Under the pieces are notes generated by a model that was not told where the DNA came from, ran no database searches, and saw only the letters and a list, made by a program, of their open reading frames with translations. Shown in pieces: positions 1 to 9,766 of a stretch of 64,000 nucleotides of DNA. This DNA is from Candidatus Latescibacterota bacterium (lineage in GTDB: Bacteria > Latescibacterota > UBA2968 > SICM01): NCBI GenBank assembly GCA_965217865.1, contig CBDCJO010000002.1, positions 480,001 through 544,000 on the forward strand, written 5' to 3'. Every line of letters begins with the position of its first letter. The first letter of the stretch is position 1. A program made the translations under genes and the position numbers.

Positions 1-416
1 TACGCGATCTCCGTCGCTTGACCCAAGTTTTCAAAGGCATAAGGGACCTCTCCTTCTCCCGGTCTCCCCGTGGGATGGACGATCGCCGTCCGGCAGCCCA
101 CTTCCGCGCCGAATCTCATCGCATCCGCGATCCTTTCGATTCCCTCTTGTCGAATCTCCGGGTCCGTGCTTGCCAGGTTGACCCCCCTGAATGGCGTGTG
201 TATCGTGTGCGCAAATATTCCAAATTTCTCCAGGGCTTCTCGGAACCCGCGCACATCGTGAAGGCCGGGACGCTTCCAGGCCTCTCCCTCGGCCATCAAC
301 TCGGTCTCCCGAAAACCCGCCGCGGCGATCGATTCCAGGGCAAGGATCGGATCCCCCGTCGCCTTCCCTTCCTTGTCCAAAACGAAAAGCCCAGAGCCCA
401 AACTGTAAGTGGTCAT
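1..416 (-). CDS. Sugar phosphate isomerase/epimerase (TIM barrel), 5' part; runs off the window
   Basis: Own translation from ATG 416: MTTYSLGSG...AAGFRETELM...HTIHTPFRGVNLASTDPEIRQEGIERIADAMRFGAEVGCRTAIVHPTG, a typical AP-endonuclease-2/xylose-isomerase-like pattern. Not listed in the ORF track because it has no stop in the window. Confidence 0.75.
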   Translation of the reverse strand, partial: MTTYSLGSGLFVLDKEGKATGDPILALESIAAAGFRETELMAEGEAWKRPGLHDVRGFREALEKFGIFAHTIHTPFRGVNLASTDPEIRQEGIERIADAMRFGAEVGCRTAIVHPTGRPGEGEVPYAFENLGQATEIA

Positions 417-449
417 AGAGGAACACCCGCGCCATTCATTTCGCTTTTT

Positions 450-1805
450 TTAATTTTCAATTTCCTTCTTCGCCTCCTCCACCGCCCTTCCCACGGCCTC
501 GACCAATCCATCCACCTGACCATCATCCATTGGCAGGGACAACGCACACATCGAAAGCGAGTAATTGAGGAAATATCCCTGTGCGATCAGCCCGTGAAAA
601 ACCAGATGGGTCATCTCATTGTCGATCCTGCTCAGGCTGCGATAGTTGACAAGATCCTCATCTGTGAAGTGTATGCTGAAAACAGAACCCGAAACAACAC
701 ATCGTGCTGGAATCTCATCACGATCGAACAGATCGTTCAAACCCGATCGCAATCGATCCCCCAATCCATTAAGATGCTCAAAGGCATCCGGAGTCAATTC
801 CCTGAGCATCGCGCTTCCCGCTGCCATCGTCATGGGATTCGCGCTGAATGTCCCGCTCTGGGAAAATCCCTTGCTCCCGCGGGTATTGTCCAGAAGATCC
901 ATGATGTCCGCCCGACCCCCGAAAGCCCCCACAGGAAACCCGCCCCCCACGATCTTGCCGTAAGTCGTCAGATCCGGAGAAATCTCGCAATACTCCTGAA
1001 ATCCGCCCGTCCCAACCCGGAAACCAACGATCTCATCGAGAATGAGCAACACATCGTTCTTTCGAGTGGTTTTCCGAACAGCTTGAATGAACTCCTTACG
1101 AACCTGAAGGATGCCGGCCTTGGGATCCAGTATCACACAGGCCAGATCATCTCGATGCTCAGAGACAAGACGCTCGGCCGCGGCCTCGTCGTTATAAGGC
1201 AGGACCACAACCTCGTTAACGGCGTTCGGGGAGATCCCCCCTGCGTTGGGGACGGCGTGTGGGGCGGACTCGGGACCCGCTTTTTCAAGAGGAGGCCCCG
1301 TACTGATCTCGACCACATCGTGGCTGCCGTGATACCCCCCTTCGAACTTGGCAATCTTGGGCCGGCCACTGAACCCGCGCGCAAGGCGAATCGCGTGCAA
1401 CGTGGCCTCCGTGCCGGAGTTGCAGAATCGTATACGGTCCAGGGAGGCAACCCGCCTACACATCTCCTCCGACAGCTCGGCCTCAACACCCACCGGGGCG
1501 CCCAGTGCGATGCCAGCTCGGATCCGTTCCTGCACAGCCTTTATGACGGCTGGATGATGATGTCCCAGAATCTGAGCGGTATGATGGTTTACAAAGTCGA
1601 CGAATCGGCGTCCATCGACATCGTAGAGATAGGGGCCTTCTCCCCTTTCCATCGTAAGGGGATACGGTTTGTAAAAGTAAGCGCCCTTTGCCCCACCGGG
1701 CATCACCCGCAAGCCGCGCTCGAACAGCTCTCGTGACCGGGGACTTCCCGCAATATATCTTTCCTCGATCGAAGCCGCAGTCTCGATCGTCGCCTTGTCT
1801 TCCAT
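450..1805 (-). CDS. Class III PLP aminotransferase (glutamate-1-semialdehyde aminomutase-like)
   Basis: FCNSGTEAT, KFEGGYHG, LILDEIVGFR, YGKIVGGGFPVGAFGG motifs; GGAGGAG RBS before ATG 1805. Confidence 0.9.
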   Translation of the reverse strand: MEDKATIETAASIEERYIAGSPRSRELFERGLRVMPGGAKGAYFYKPYPLTMERGEGPYLYDVDGRRFVDFVNHHTAQILGHHHPAVIKAVQERIRAGIALGAPVGVEAELSEEMCRRVASLDRIRFCNSGTEATLHAIRLARGFSGRPKIAKFEGGYHGSHDVVEISTGPPLEKAGPESAPHAVPNAGGISPNAVNEVVVLPYNDEAAAERLVSEHRDDLACVILDPKAGILQVRKEFIQAVRKTTRKNDVLLILDEIVGFRVGTGGFQEYCEISPDLTTYGKIVGGGFPVGAFGGRADIMDLLDNTRGSKGFSQSGTFSANPMTMAAGSAMLRELTPDAFEHLNGLGDRLRSGLNDLFDRDEIPARCVVSGSVFSIHFTDEDLVNYRSLSRIDNEMTHLVFHGLIAQGYFLNYSLSMCALSLPMDDGQVDGLVEAVGRAVEEAKKEIEN

Positions 1806-1830
1806 ACAATCTCCTCCCGAGTTCAAGAGA

Positions 1831-4077
1831 TCAACCCGCCCGTGTCACATAAACAGGAGAGCTCCATGCCCTTTCCAGATCCACCTGAACCACCCGGACC
1901 CAGTAGGGGGTGCACCCTTCAACCGGTTCAGAATCCTTATAAGACAACTCGACGTGCCTCGGACCGTCTTCCCGCGGCGCGGGTCCAACGCTCACGTGCC
2001 GACCGACCCCACCCGCTTCCACGACCATCGTGCCCATCGTAATCTCTTCCATGCTGAATGGAAAGCTGCACGGACCCGTTGAAAACCGGCACACCGACTT
2101 GGCATCCCCTTGAATCCTGACCACGATTCCGGCCTCATTGCCCGCTGTAACGGATCTCCACGAAATGAGGTCAGGCCTATCCATTTTGACCACATCGTCT
2201 GCGTAGGGAAAACCTGTTGCCCTCACGTTCAGAAAGTTGCCCCCTGCTACCCCCAACGACCCGTCCCACGTGACGCGCTGGTCCCGGGCGGTTCCCCGGG
2301 CTTCGGTTCCCCCCCATACAATCCGAACCAAACCCTCGCTTTCCCCCCCCGGCGGCGCGATCTGCCATCGGCATAACAGGTCCAATCCCCAGACGAGATC
2401 GACCCGCTCGATGGCAGCCGTTCCCTCCGCCGTGATTCGAATCAGCGGCTTTCCGTCTGTTTGGAATTCATCCCCCATCGGATGTCCATCAACACTTACC
2501 CACAAGAGGATCCGTTCACCGCTCGTGGCATAACACCGCCTCGCCTTCAGCCCGGTCCATAGATCGTCCTTATTCAGACCCCTGGCATAGATCGCCGTTA
2601 AGCCTGAACGTACGTTACGACACACCCGAGAACCTGGCTGGCAGGTTCCCGGACGAGTCATCACCCCGTCCGTCCCGGCTGTGAGTCCCACCCGGTACCC
2701 CCGGGCAAGCGCCTCCTGCACCAACCACTCCGAAGTCCCGTGCGTGGAGTGTACCTCCACAAGGGGCTCGATCTCGGGTTCGTGGAACTTCAGATTTGTG
2801 GTCCGCCCGCCCGCATGAAGGTTGATCAGCACCTCCTCCCATTTCATCCTTTCCAGGAAAACTTGAGCATCGGGTAGATCGGGTTCCGGATCCGGTTCCG
2901 ACTCTGTAAAGAAGCGCCCGGACCGTCTCAACCTGGGCTCGTCTTGCCTGTAAATGACATTGCGGTCTCCGCCTTTCTCTCTTGGTGGGCTCCACTCACA
3001 ACCCAAAAAGGCGACGAACCGTTCGGGGTCGTTGAAGGCCTCGGTCTGATCCCGGATCAGCTTCCAGTCTTCAAGCGTCACGTAGTGATCGTTTGATTGT
3101 TGAGAAGCGAATTGGAGTCCCGCCACATCCCGCGCAAAAGTGAAGTGCTCCTTCAGAGATCCCACACCGCACCCCACTTCGGTCTGTCCTGAGTGGAGAT
3201 CTCCCCAGAAGATCCTGAGATGCGGTGCCTTGTCGTGCACCTGGATCGGATTGGATTCCGTCATCGGATCTGTGTTGGGAACCCTTGCGGACAACCGATA
3301 AATCCCCACCTTGTCAAACCGCCTGGTGAATCGATAGGAAGCGGGATCCCGGGAAAAAAGGGGGTTTTCTCCGGCTCGGACTTTTCCCTCCCCGTTCTGT
3401 TCCTCAAGGCACGGATCACCCTCCGGGATGAGGGTCGGATTTCCCCAGCGGTCCTCCGCCCGAACGATCACGTCGAAAGGTTCGCCCACGATGCAGTCCG
3501 AAGGGCACACGGCGTGTAGACTCACCGGAGCCCCTGGAACGATAGGAAACCCTGGGGCGTCCGGCAAGCGGATCCATTGATCATTATTATCCGGATTGAG
3601 GAGCATAAGAAAGCTCGCGGAATTTGCGATAAAGGTCGGCGTCCTCCATCCCTTCCCACCCCCGGCTCGATCACCACACACCACGGTCACCCGATCCCCT
3701 CTAGCCAGGGATCCTTCCTGCACGGTCAGTTCAACATCGTGAGGCCAGGGGTCCAGATCCCCTCGACCATGAAACGTGGAGCCGATCGAGACACCGGCTT
3801 TGGTGCACACAGTCAGATATCCATCTCCCGAGGGATTCTCAGTCTGCAGCTCAGACCAGTCAAACGGCCAGCGCCAGGCGATTCTCATGCGCCCCCCCCT
3901 GGGGATTTCCTTCTGACCGATCTCAAACTGAAACGTAAGCGTCACGTAGTCGCCCGCCACCGTCGGCTCCAGCCGATCACAGGACCCTCGACCGTGCAGG
4001 CTGAGCCGCTCCTCGAAGGAGAGGTGCAGCACGTGACAGACTTGAGGATGGCCCGGCTTACCGCTTGTTACCAGCAT
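1831..4077 (-). CDS. DUF3604-like PHP/metallo-hydrolase domain protein
   Basis: FWGDLHSGQT, NDH, GCEWS..GGDRNV, VEVHSTHG, AGTDG, RRCYATSG, AWSSPV motifs; start placed at the ATG after GAAGGG. Confidence 0.75.
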   Translation of the reverse strand: MLVTSGKPGHPQVCHVLHLSFEERLSLHGRGSCDRLEPTVAGDYVTLTFQFEIGQKEIPRGGRMRIAWRWPFDWSELQTENPSGDGYLTVCTKAGVSIGSTFHGRGDLDPWPHDVELTVQEGSLARGDRVTVVCGDRAGGGKGWRTPTFIANSASFLMLLNPDNNDQWIRLPDAPGFPIVPGAPVSLHAVCPSDCIVGEPFDVIVRAEDRWGNPTLIPEGDPCLEEQNGEGKVRAGENPLFSRDPASYRFTRRFDKVGIYRLSARVPNTDPMTESNPIQVHDKAPHLRIFWGDLHSGQTEVGCGVGSLKEHFTFARDVAGLQFASQQSNDHYVTLEDWKLIRDQTEAFNDPERFVAFLGCEWSPPREKGGDRNVIYRQDEPRLRRSGRFFTESEPDPEPDLPDAQVFLERMKWEEVLINLHAGGRTTNLKFHEPEIEPLVEVHSTHGTSEWLVQEALARGYRVGLTAGTDGVMTRPGTCQPGSRVCRNVRSGLTAIYARGLNKDDLWTGLKARRCYATSGERILLWVSVDGHPMGDEFQTDGKPLIRITAEGTAAIERVDLVWGLDLLCRWQIAPPGGESEGLVRIVWGGTEARGTARDQRVTWDGSLGVAGGNFLNVRATGFPYADDVVKMDRPDLISWRSVTAGNEAGIVVRIQGDAKSVCRFSTGPCSFPFSMEEITMGTMVVEAGGVGRHVSVGPAPREDGPRHVELSYKDSEPVEGCTPYWVRVVQVDLERAWSSPVYVTRAG

Positions 4078-4180
4078 AGAGCGCCCTTCTACTTCATTGA
4101 ATATTGAATATAGGATAATTGAATATTTGAAAACCTCAGGATCTACTTGGCTATATGGATTTCTCTTCGACATTCAATCT

Positions 4181-5656
4181 TTAATCTTCAATTTCCTCAA
4201 ACGGATACAGCTTTCTGCCAAGCCTGTGAAACTTAAGTTCGCCGGTGGACGGTTCATGGACCCCAGGCTCCGATACCGGGTAGATGGCCCCGGCCCAAGA
4301 CTCGAAACCCGCGCGAAAATGAACGGAAGACTTGACTCCGATATAACGCATCCTCCGGGGGTCTAACCCCATGCTCATGGAAAAAGCGATGCCGAACGGC
4401 TGCTCCCGTGCGGTCACCAGCAATACGTGGATCCCGCCCTGCCTGATGTACGCCGAGGAACCCATGCTGCCTTCCAGACCTTTGTTTCTGGGGCCTTCAT
4501 ATTGAAAATCGCCATCCGAAAGCGCGACAACCTCGACCTCCATGGGCACCGGTTCCCCCTGGAGTGGGGATGATTTCCCGCCGACCCCCAGGGTCAGCGT
4601 CGCTCCCCGGCCCGCCTGCTTGCAGAGGGAAACCGCCTCGGGGTCCACGATATAGAGCAGACAGGCATCCTCCAATCCCGCTTCGACAAAAGTCTTGAGC
4701 ATCCCTGTGCTGTCCCCCGGCGAACCCCCGCCCGTGTTATCGTTCCGATCGGCGAAAATCACCGGGAATTTTCCATCCGCTTCGGCCTGTTTCAAGGCCT
4801 CCTCGGTCGACGGCATGGGCAGATGCCATTCGGCTCGGCGCTCGAAAAGCCATCCGCCCAGCTCATCCGCACAAGCCTGGGCTTGTGCTTGATCGTTATC
4901 CGTGACGATGTAAACCGATGCGCCCATATTCGGGACATCGGCAAGCGGGAAGCAGGTGGCGATCGAGCCGCAAACCACACCTGGCTTGGCTTCGATCCGG
5001 TGTAATTCGGCGATGGCCTCGCGCATCGGAGAGTGCGCTGTGACCTGGTTCAATCCCCACACCATGGGGATCTGGTGCAGCGCCATGGTGGGCTGAAGAC
5101 CCTCTCTGTGAATCCGAACCAGAACATCCACACACTCGCGGCTCCTTTCGGCCATATCGATCTCCGGATAGGTCTCCCTCCCGATCAGGACGTCTGCCAT
5201 TTCCACCATCCGGGGGGAGACATTGCTATGGATATCGAGCTGGGCGAGGATCGGGACCTTGTCTCCGACCTGCGCTCGCACGGCCTCCAGAATATGGCCG
5301 TCCGCGTCGTCGATTCCTTCGGCGATCATTGAACCGTGGAGCTCCAGGAGCACCCCGTCGATCGATCCCGCGGCTGAAATCCCCTCAAGCAATTCTCCCA
5401 GGATGGCGTCAAAGATCGTCCGGGGCGTCGGCCCGCTGGGTTGGGCTTCAGCGAAAATCGTGGGAACGAGTTCAAGACCGTGGGCTTCTGCGCCACCTAC
5501 AAACCCACCGATCCCTGAGCTCGTCCCCTTGAACTTGCTCAGGATCTCTTCCCCGCGCAGATACCCGAAGCGTTCTTTGGTGTAACTTTCCCACGTCGTG
5601 GCCACGTTGGTGAAAGTGCTGGTTTCGTGAGCTATGGCACCTATAACGACTCTCAT
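4181..5656 (-). CDS. M81 family metallopeptidase (MlrC-like)
   Basis: AHETSTF, ELHGSM, LDIHSN, TYPEID, DNTGGGSPGD, VKSSVHFRA. Confidence 0.9.
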   Translation of the reverse strand: MRVVIGAIAHETSTFTNVATTWESYTKERFGYLRGEEILSKFKGTSSGIGGFVGGAEAHGLELVPTIFAEAQPSGPTPRTIFDAILGELLEGISAAGSIDGVLLELHGSMIAEGIDDADGHILEAVRAQVGDKVPILAQLDIHSNVSPRMVEMADVLIGRETYPEIDMAERSRECVDVLVRIHREGLQPTMALHQIPMVWGLNQVTAHSPMREAIAELHRIEAKPGVVCGSIATCFPLADVPNMGASVYIVTDNDQAQAQACADELGGWLFERRAEWHLPMPSTEEALKQAEADGKFPVIFADRNDNTGGGSPGDSTGMLKTFVEAGLEDACLLYIVDPEAVSLCKQAGRGATLTLGVGGKSSPLQGEPVPMEVEVVALSDGDFQYEGPRNKGLEGSMGSSAYIRQGGIHVLLVTAREQPFGIAFSMSMGLDPRRMRYIGVKSSVHFRAGFESWAGAIYPVSEPGVHEPSTGELKFHRLGRKLYPFEEIED

Positions 5657-5883
5657 TTCACCTCCACAGGAAGCGGAATAATAACTTTGAAAATAATTGG
5701 AGGAATCGTGTTCATGATCACGCTATTATACCATGCTGTCTATTAGTATAATAAGGTTTGCTGGTATGATCTCGACGCATATCAAGGATTATAATTATGT
5801 TTTTAAAGGATATATAAATATTTTCCCATTTTCTCAGAATATTGGATTGTTCGTTTACACATCCTTGGGAGAAAAATCTAACC

Positions 5884-5963
5884 TTGACATCCGGATCGAT
5901 TTATTATACTATTTACCATAAAAGTATAATAACGATCGACTCTATTATCACAGGGTATAATAA
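5884..5963 (+). promoter_or_regulatory. Putative fic promoter with TATTATAC/GTATAATA inverted operator boxes
   Basis: TTGACA 5884-5889; TTATTATACT-N12-AGTATAATAA inverted repeat 5901-5932; a further pair at 5942-5963. Confidence 0.55.
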
Positions 5964-5964
5964 A

Positions 5965-7119
5965 GTGCATCCCTCTGATTTCAAGCAACATAGTTGTGGT
6001 GAAATACTTCAAACACTCCAAGGCTACTGGGCTTACTTGCCTGGTCCCCTCGAGCCAACGATCGGTTTGGACCTGAGATTGGTTCAAAATCTATCAGGCG
6101 CAGACCGTGCCTTAAGCGAACTTGCAGGTATTGCACGCACCCTCCCCAACCCACACCTGCTGATTGGGCCATTTGTAAGACGGGAGGCCGTTCTCTCAAG
6201 CAGGATCGAAGGCACACAGGCCTCTTTTTCAGATCTCCTTTTTTTCGAAGCGGCGAATTTACGCGAGGAGGAAGTCCCGGACGTCCGGGAGGTGTCTAAT
6301 TATGTCAAGGCATTGGAATACGGCCTGTCACGCATTCAAAGCCTGCCATTATCACTGAGGCTCATAAGGGAAATGCACGAGCGCCTTCTTGGCGGGGTTC
6401 GCGGAGGGGACCAGGCGCCTGGAGAATTCCGGCGAAGGCAAAACTGGATCGGTCCTCCCGGATCCAAACTGATGGACGCAACCTACGTCCCACCACCCGT
6501 TCAAGAAATGAACCATGCGCTTGACAGCTTTGAGAAATACCTTCATTCGAAATCGAATCTGCCCCCGCTCATTCGACTGGCCGCGATCCACTACCAGTTT
6601 GAGGCCATTCATCCGTTCCTCGATGGGAATGGACGCATCGGAAGGCTCCTTATAACCCTCTTGCTCTACACAGATGGGCTCCTGCCTCAACCGCTGCTTT
6701 ATCTCAGCGCCTTCTTTGAAAGACATCGCGAGGAATATTATCGTCTTCTACTTGAAGTAAGTCAGAAAGGCGACTGGGGAAAGTGGATCAGGTTCTTCCT
6801 TCGGGCCGTCGAAACGCAAGCCATGGATGCCATAGAACGATCCGACAAACTGCTTGGACTCTGGCAGAGTTACCGTACCGGAATGCAAGCGGCGCGTGCC
6901 TCAGCGCTGCTGCTTCAACTGGTGGACGAACTCTTCAAGGTTCCAGCCCTCACCAATTCCGCAGCTGCAAATCGGCTTGGCGTAACCCCGCGATCCGCGC
7001 AGCTCAACATCGATAAATTAATAGCTGCCGGGATACTCAAGGAAGCGACGGGCAAACGCCGGAATCGCGTCTACATTGCACCAGAGATCATCGATATCAT
7101 CGAGCAACCTGAAGGCTAA
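5965..7119 (+). CDS. Fic family protein (DUF4172-type N-terminus, Fic domain, C-terminal HTH)
   Basis: Canonical HPFLDGNGRIGR motif, SSRIEGT inhibitory motif, C-terminal wHTH ending TGKRRNRVY; GTG start at 5965 inferred. Confidence 0.92.
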   Translation: MHPSDFKQHSCGEILQTLQGYWAYLPGPLEPTIGLDLRLVQNLSGADRALSELAGIARTLPNPHLLIGPFVRREAVLSSRIEGTQASFSDLLFFEAANLREEEVPDVREVSNYVKALEYGLSRIQSLPLSLRLIREMHERLLGGVRGGDQAPGEFRRRQNWIGPPGSKLMDATYVPPPVQEMNHALDSFEKYLHSKSNLPPLIRLAAIHYQFEAIHPFLDGNGRIGRLLITLLLYTDGLLPQPLLYLSAFFERHREEYYRLLLEVSQKGDWGKWIRFFLRAVETQAMDAIERSDKLLGLWQSYRTGMQAARASALLLQLVDELFKVPALTNSAAANRLGVTPRSAQLNIDKLIAAGILKEATGKRRNRVYIAPEIIDIIEQPEG

Positions 7120-7148
7120 AACCCTAAGCCGTCACACGAGGGAACATT

Positions 7149-8264
7149 ATGGTTGACGATTTACTATTCGCGGACCTGTGCAAGCCCGAAGTCTTGAAAC
7201 TTGGATGGCATCTTGCTCACCTGGACAGCCGTGATGACTTCGTTTCTGATTCCATTGCATATGAAGATTTTGCGTCCCAACTCACAGAAAGGTTAATACA
7301 CCTCGTTGAGGAAGTACGGAACAGGAGATACCGTCCCCGATATTTACTCGAGGTGGACATTCCAAAGAGTGGTTTGAGTGTTAGGCCTGGTAACGTCCTT
7401 CCCATTGAGGAGTCCACGATTCTTCATGCAATAATATACCTTTTGGCTCCAACACTGGATCGAAGATTGTCTGAAAACGTCTTTTCTCACCGTCTTCACC
7501 AAAACTGGAAAATCCGGATAAAAAAGGGAAGATATCTTTTCAGAGACGACAGAATAGAGCTCCCATTTCTGAAGGGAAAGACAATACGCGCGTTGAACCC
7601 TCTTGAGCCCTGGTACTTGGCGTGGCCAGAATTTGATAATGCTCGAGTCAAAGCCGCCCGGGAAAAAGGATACGTGTGCCTAACACGTACTGACATAGCT
7701 GCATATTTCGAGAATATCGACCTAAGTCTTTTAGAAACACAGTTGAGATCTTTAGTGCCTCGCCAAAACCGAATCATGGAGCTTCTGATGCGGATTCTAC
7801 AATCATGGACTAGAATTACAAGCACAGGAATTTCAGTGGGGCGAGGAATTCCACAAGGCAACGACGTCAGTTCGTTCCTTGGAAACATATACCTTCTACC
7901 ACTTGACAAGGCGCTGATACCATTCTGTAAAAAACGTGACGCCGTATGGTATCGATATGTCGATGATGTAGAAGTTTATAGTAAAGACTATGCCACGGCA
8001 AGAGACGTTGTCTTCGTTATCAATGAAACACTTCGCAGTTTGCACTTGAATTTACAGGGAAGCAAGACAGAAATTCTCACTGGGTCAAAACTTGATGCTA
8101 TACTTTCTAAATCAGAGTTGGACAAAATAGACGTAGCGATGAATGGATTCCGTGGGATGCATCTAAGAGCTCGAAAGAACCAAGAAATTTGCAACTACAA
8201 TCTTAAACAACTTGCGTCCTATTGCTACTCGGTTCCGTCGTGGATTGCCAGATTCTATCCGTAA
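7149..8264 (+). CDS. Reverse transcriptase, Abi/UG (DRT-like) type, N-terminal RT domain
   Basis: IPKSGLSVRP, TDIAAYFENI, RGIPQGNDVSSFLGNIYL, YRYVDD, LNLQGSKTEI; no group II intron domain X and no retron VTG motif recognised. Confidence 0.9.
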   Translation: MVDDLLFADLCKPEVLKLGWHLAHLDSRDDFVSDSIAYEDFASQLTERLIHLVEEVRNRRYRPRYLLEVDIPKSGLSVRPGNVLPIEESTILHAIIYLLAPTLDRRLSENVFSHRLHQNWKIRIKKGRYLFRDDRIELPFLKGKTIRALNPLEPWYLAWPEFDNARVKAAREKGYVCLTRTDIAAYFENIDLSLLETQLRSLVPRQNRIMELLMRILQSWTRITSTGISVGRGIPQGNDVSSFLGNIYLLPLDKALIPFCKKRDAVWYRYVDDVEVYSKDYATARDVVFVINETLRSLHLNLQGSKTEILTGSKLDAILSKSELDKIDVAMNGFRGMHLRARKNQEICNYNLKQLASYCYSVPSWIARFYP

Positions 8265-9072
8265 TCTCTCAACGTATGATAACCGTGTCCTGAGAAGGTT
8301 GATGACTGCATATGGTATGTGTAGCCGGCCTTATTTGAAGGAAATCGCTTTTTCGGTCCTTGTTGAACTTCCCGAGGTTCGTTTGTTACAGAAAGCTCTT
8401 AGATATCTAGGGCAACTGCCATATTCATATCATCATGAGATCTGTAGACGTTTGATGTGTTTGCTTCAGAAGGAGCAGTTCGGGTTACCATATCATGCTT
8501 CCCTTGTTCTCGATACTTTCAGATGGTTACACCCCCATGATGGAGGATATGGCATCGGTGGAAAAATTTCCAATCTCGTACTCCGAAGGAAGACACCTTG
8601 GACTATGCGCCAAAAGGCGTGTGATGCCTTGATGACATTACCTTACCGGGAGGATGACATTATGGCCCATGCTGAGAAAATGTTAAAGGACGATCATCCC
8701 TTCGTGCGGCGAGCTGGATGTGTTCTTATGACCCGATGTCCTGTGCAGTGGGTCCGAGAGAAAGTAGGAAGCCTACTTTACCATCCTGATCATTCACTGG
8801 GACGTCTAGCTCTTATGTGGAACAGGCATCTAACCGACAGACAAGCGGCTTTGTCTCAATTAGAAATCCTCAAAAAGAGAAAGTTACATGACGACTCGGT
8901 TGTCCGGCAGCTGCCGTGGCTATGGATTCTTCGTTGTAGTGCTGAAAAGGAGGTCGTCAGTAGTCTCCGAGATCACTTAAAAAGGTTGAACCAAAGTAAA
9001 AGCGGAAAGGTAAAGTGGCATAAAAGTCAACTTCTTATAGCTACAAAGTGGGCCTGCGCGAAAGAAGTATGA
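8212..9072 (+). CDS. Alpha-helical/HEAT-like repeat protein; probable frameshifted C-terminal half of the RT
   Basis: Overlaps the RT end in the +1 frame (open from about 8168); HEAT-like units such as LKDDHPFVRRAGC; TTG start without a clear RBS. Confidence 0.65.
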   Translation: MRPIATRFRRGLPDSIRNLSTYDNRVLRRLMTAYGMCSRPYLKEIAFSVLVELPEVRLLQKALRYLGQLPYSYHHEICRRLMCLLQKEQFGLPYHASLVLDTFRWLHPHDGGYGIGGKISNLVLRRKTPWTMRQKACDALMTLPYREDDIMAHAEKMLKDDHPFVRRAGCVLMTRCPVQWVREKVGSLLYHPDHSLGRLALMWNRHLTDRQAALSQLEILKKRKLHDDSVVRQLPWLWILRCSAEKEVVSSLRDHLKRLNQSKSGKVKWHKSQLLIATKWACAKEV

Positions 9073-9164
9073 TCTATCGACTGAATCATCGCCAGCCTTC
9101 CATTGTCGCCAGGAGACACCTTCTTCCAAAGTAATTGGCGACCTTAACCAACTCTTTCAATTCT

Positions 9165-9497
9165 TCACCCCAAATCCTCATCTTCTTCAATCCTCTCCAG
9201 CAGATAGAATACTGGCCTGAAGCCATCCGTACAACACGTCACGAACTTTCCCGGTTTCACGCCAATCATGTTTCCGCCCCGCGCCAGCACCACCACATAT
9301 TTATGGATGTCCGTCCAGGCCCAATCGCTGAACCCCTCCGGCATATGGCCGTCTGAAAAAAACGCCTGCCCCACCTCGAAGTCGTGGCAGCATCCTTTCG
9401 GTTGCCAATCGGCATCCTCTGTGGTGTAGGCATCCACGAATTCCTGATTGAAAGTCTTCTTCAACACCGTAATCCGTACGGTTTTTCCCCCGGGCAT
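9165..9497 (-). CDS. TIGR04076 family protein
   Basis: VRITVLKK, PEGFSDWAWTDI, CCTDGFRPVFYLLERI. Confidence 0.8.
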   Translation of the reverse strand: MPGGKTVRITVLKKTFNQEFVDAYTTEDADWQPKGCCHDFEVGQAFFSDGHMPEGFSDWAWTDIHKYVVVLARGGNMIGVKPGKFVTCCTDGFRPVFYLLERIEEDEDLG

Positions 9498-9597
9498 ATC
9501 AAACTCCTTTTAAAGCTGGTCTGTGAGGCGACACATCAGTGGACCAACGGCCCGTAATTGCTTTCCCCAGTCCAACGGGCTGGGTTTGAAGAGAATC

Positions 9598-9682
9598 GCG
9601 GCCCTTCAGGCCGCACGACTCTATTGTTTCGCAGGACCCAGGGCGATGCCCTGGGTTGAGGGACGACGCGCCGTTGGCGCTG
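9598..9682. repeat. REP-like multi-hairpin element
   Basis: GCGGCCCTTCAGGCCGC, CCCAGGGCGATGCCCTGGG and GCGCCGTTGGCGC palindromes in tandem. Confidence 0.55.
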
Positions 9683-9766
9683 AAAGCTGGCTCTGACTTT
9701 GGTCCCGGCCTCTGGATTAGCTCTTGGTCATTTTACAATTTCCATTTTACATTTTTCACCTTGCAT

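Noticed and set aside
18-1736. 572-aa plus-strand ORF
   Set aside because: Antisense shadow of the aminotransferase and epimerase genes; no motifs.
7149-8264. Group II intron, retron or DGR RT
   Set aside because: No domain X or intron domain V/VI, no retron VTG motif or room for msr-msd between fic and RT, and no TR/VR repeat pair seen.
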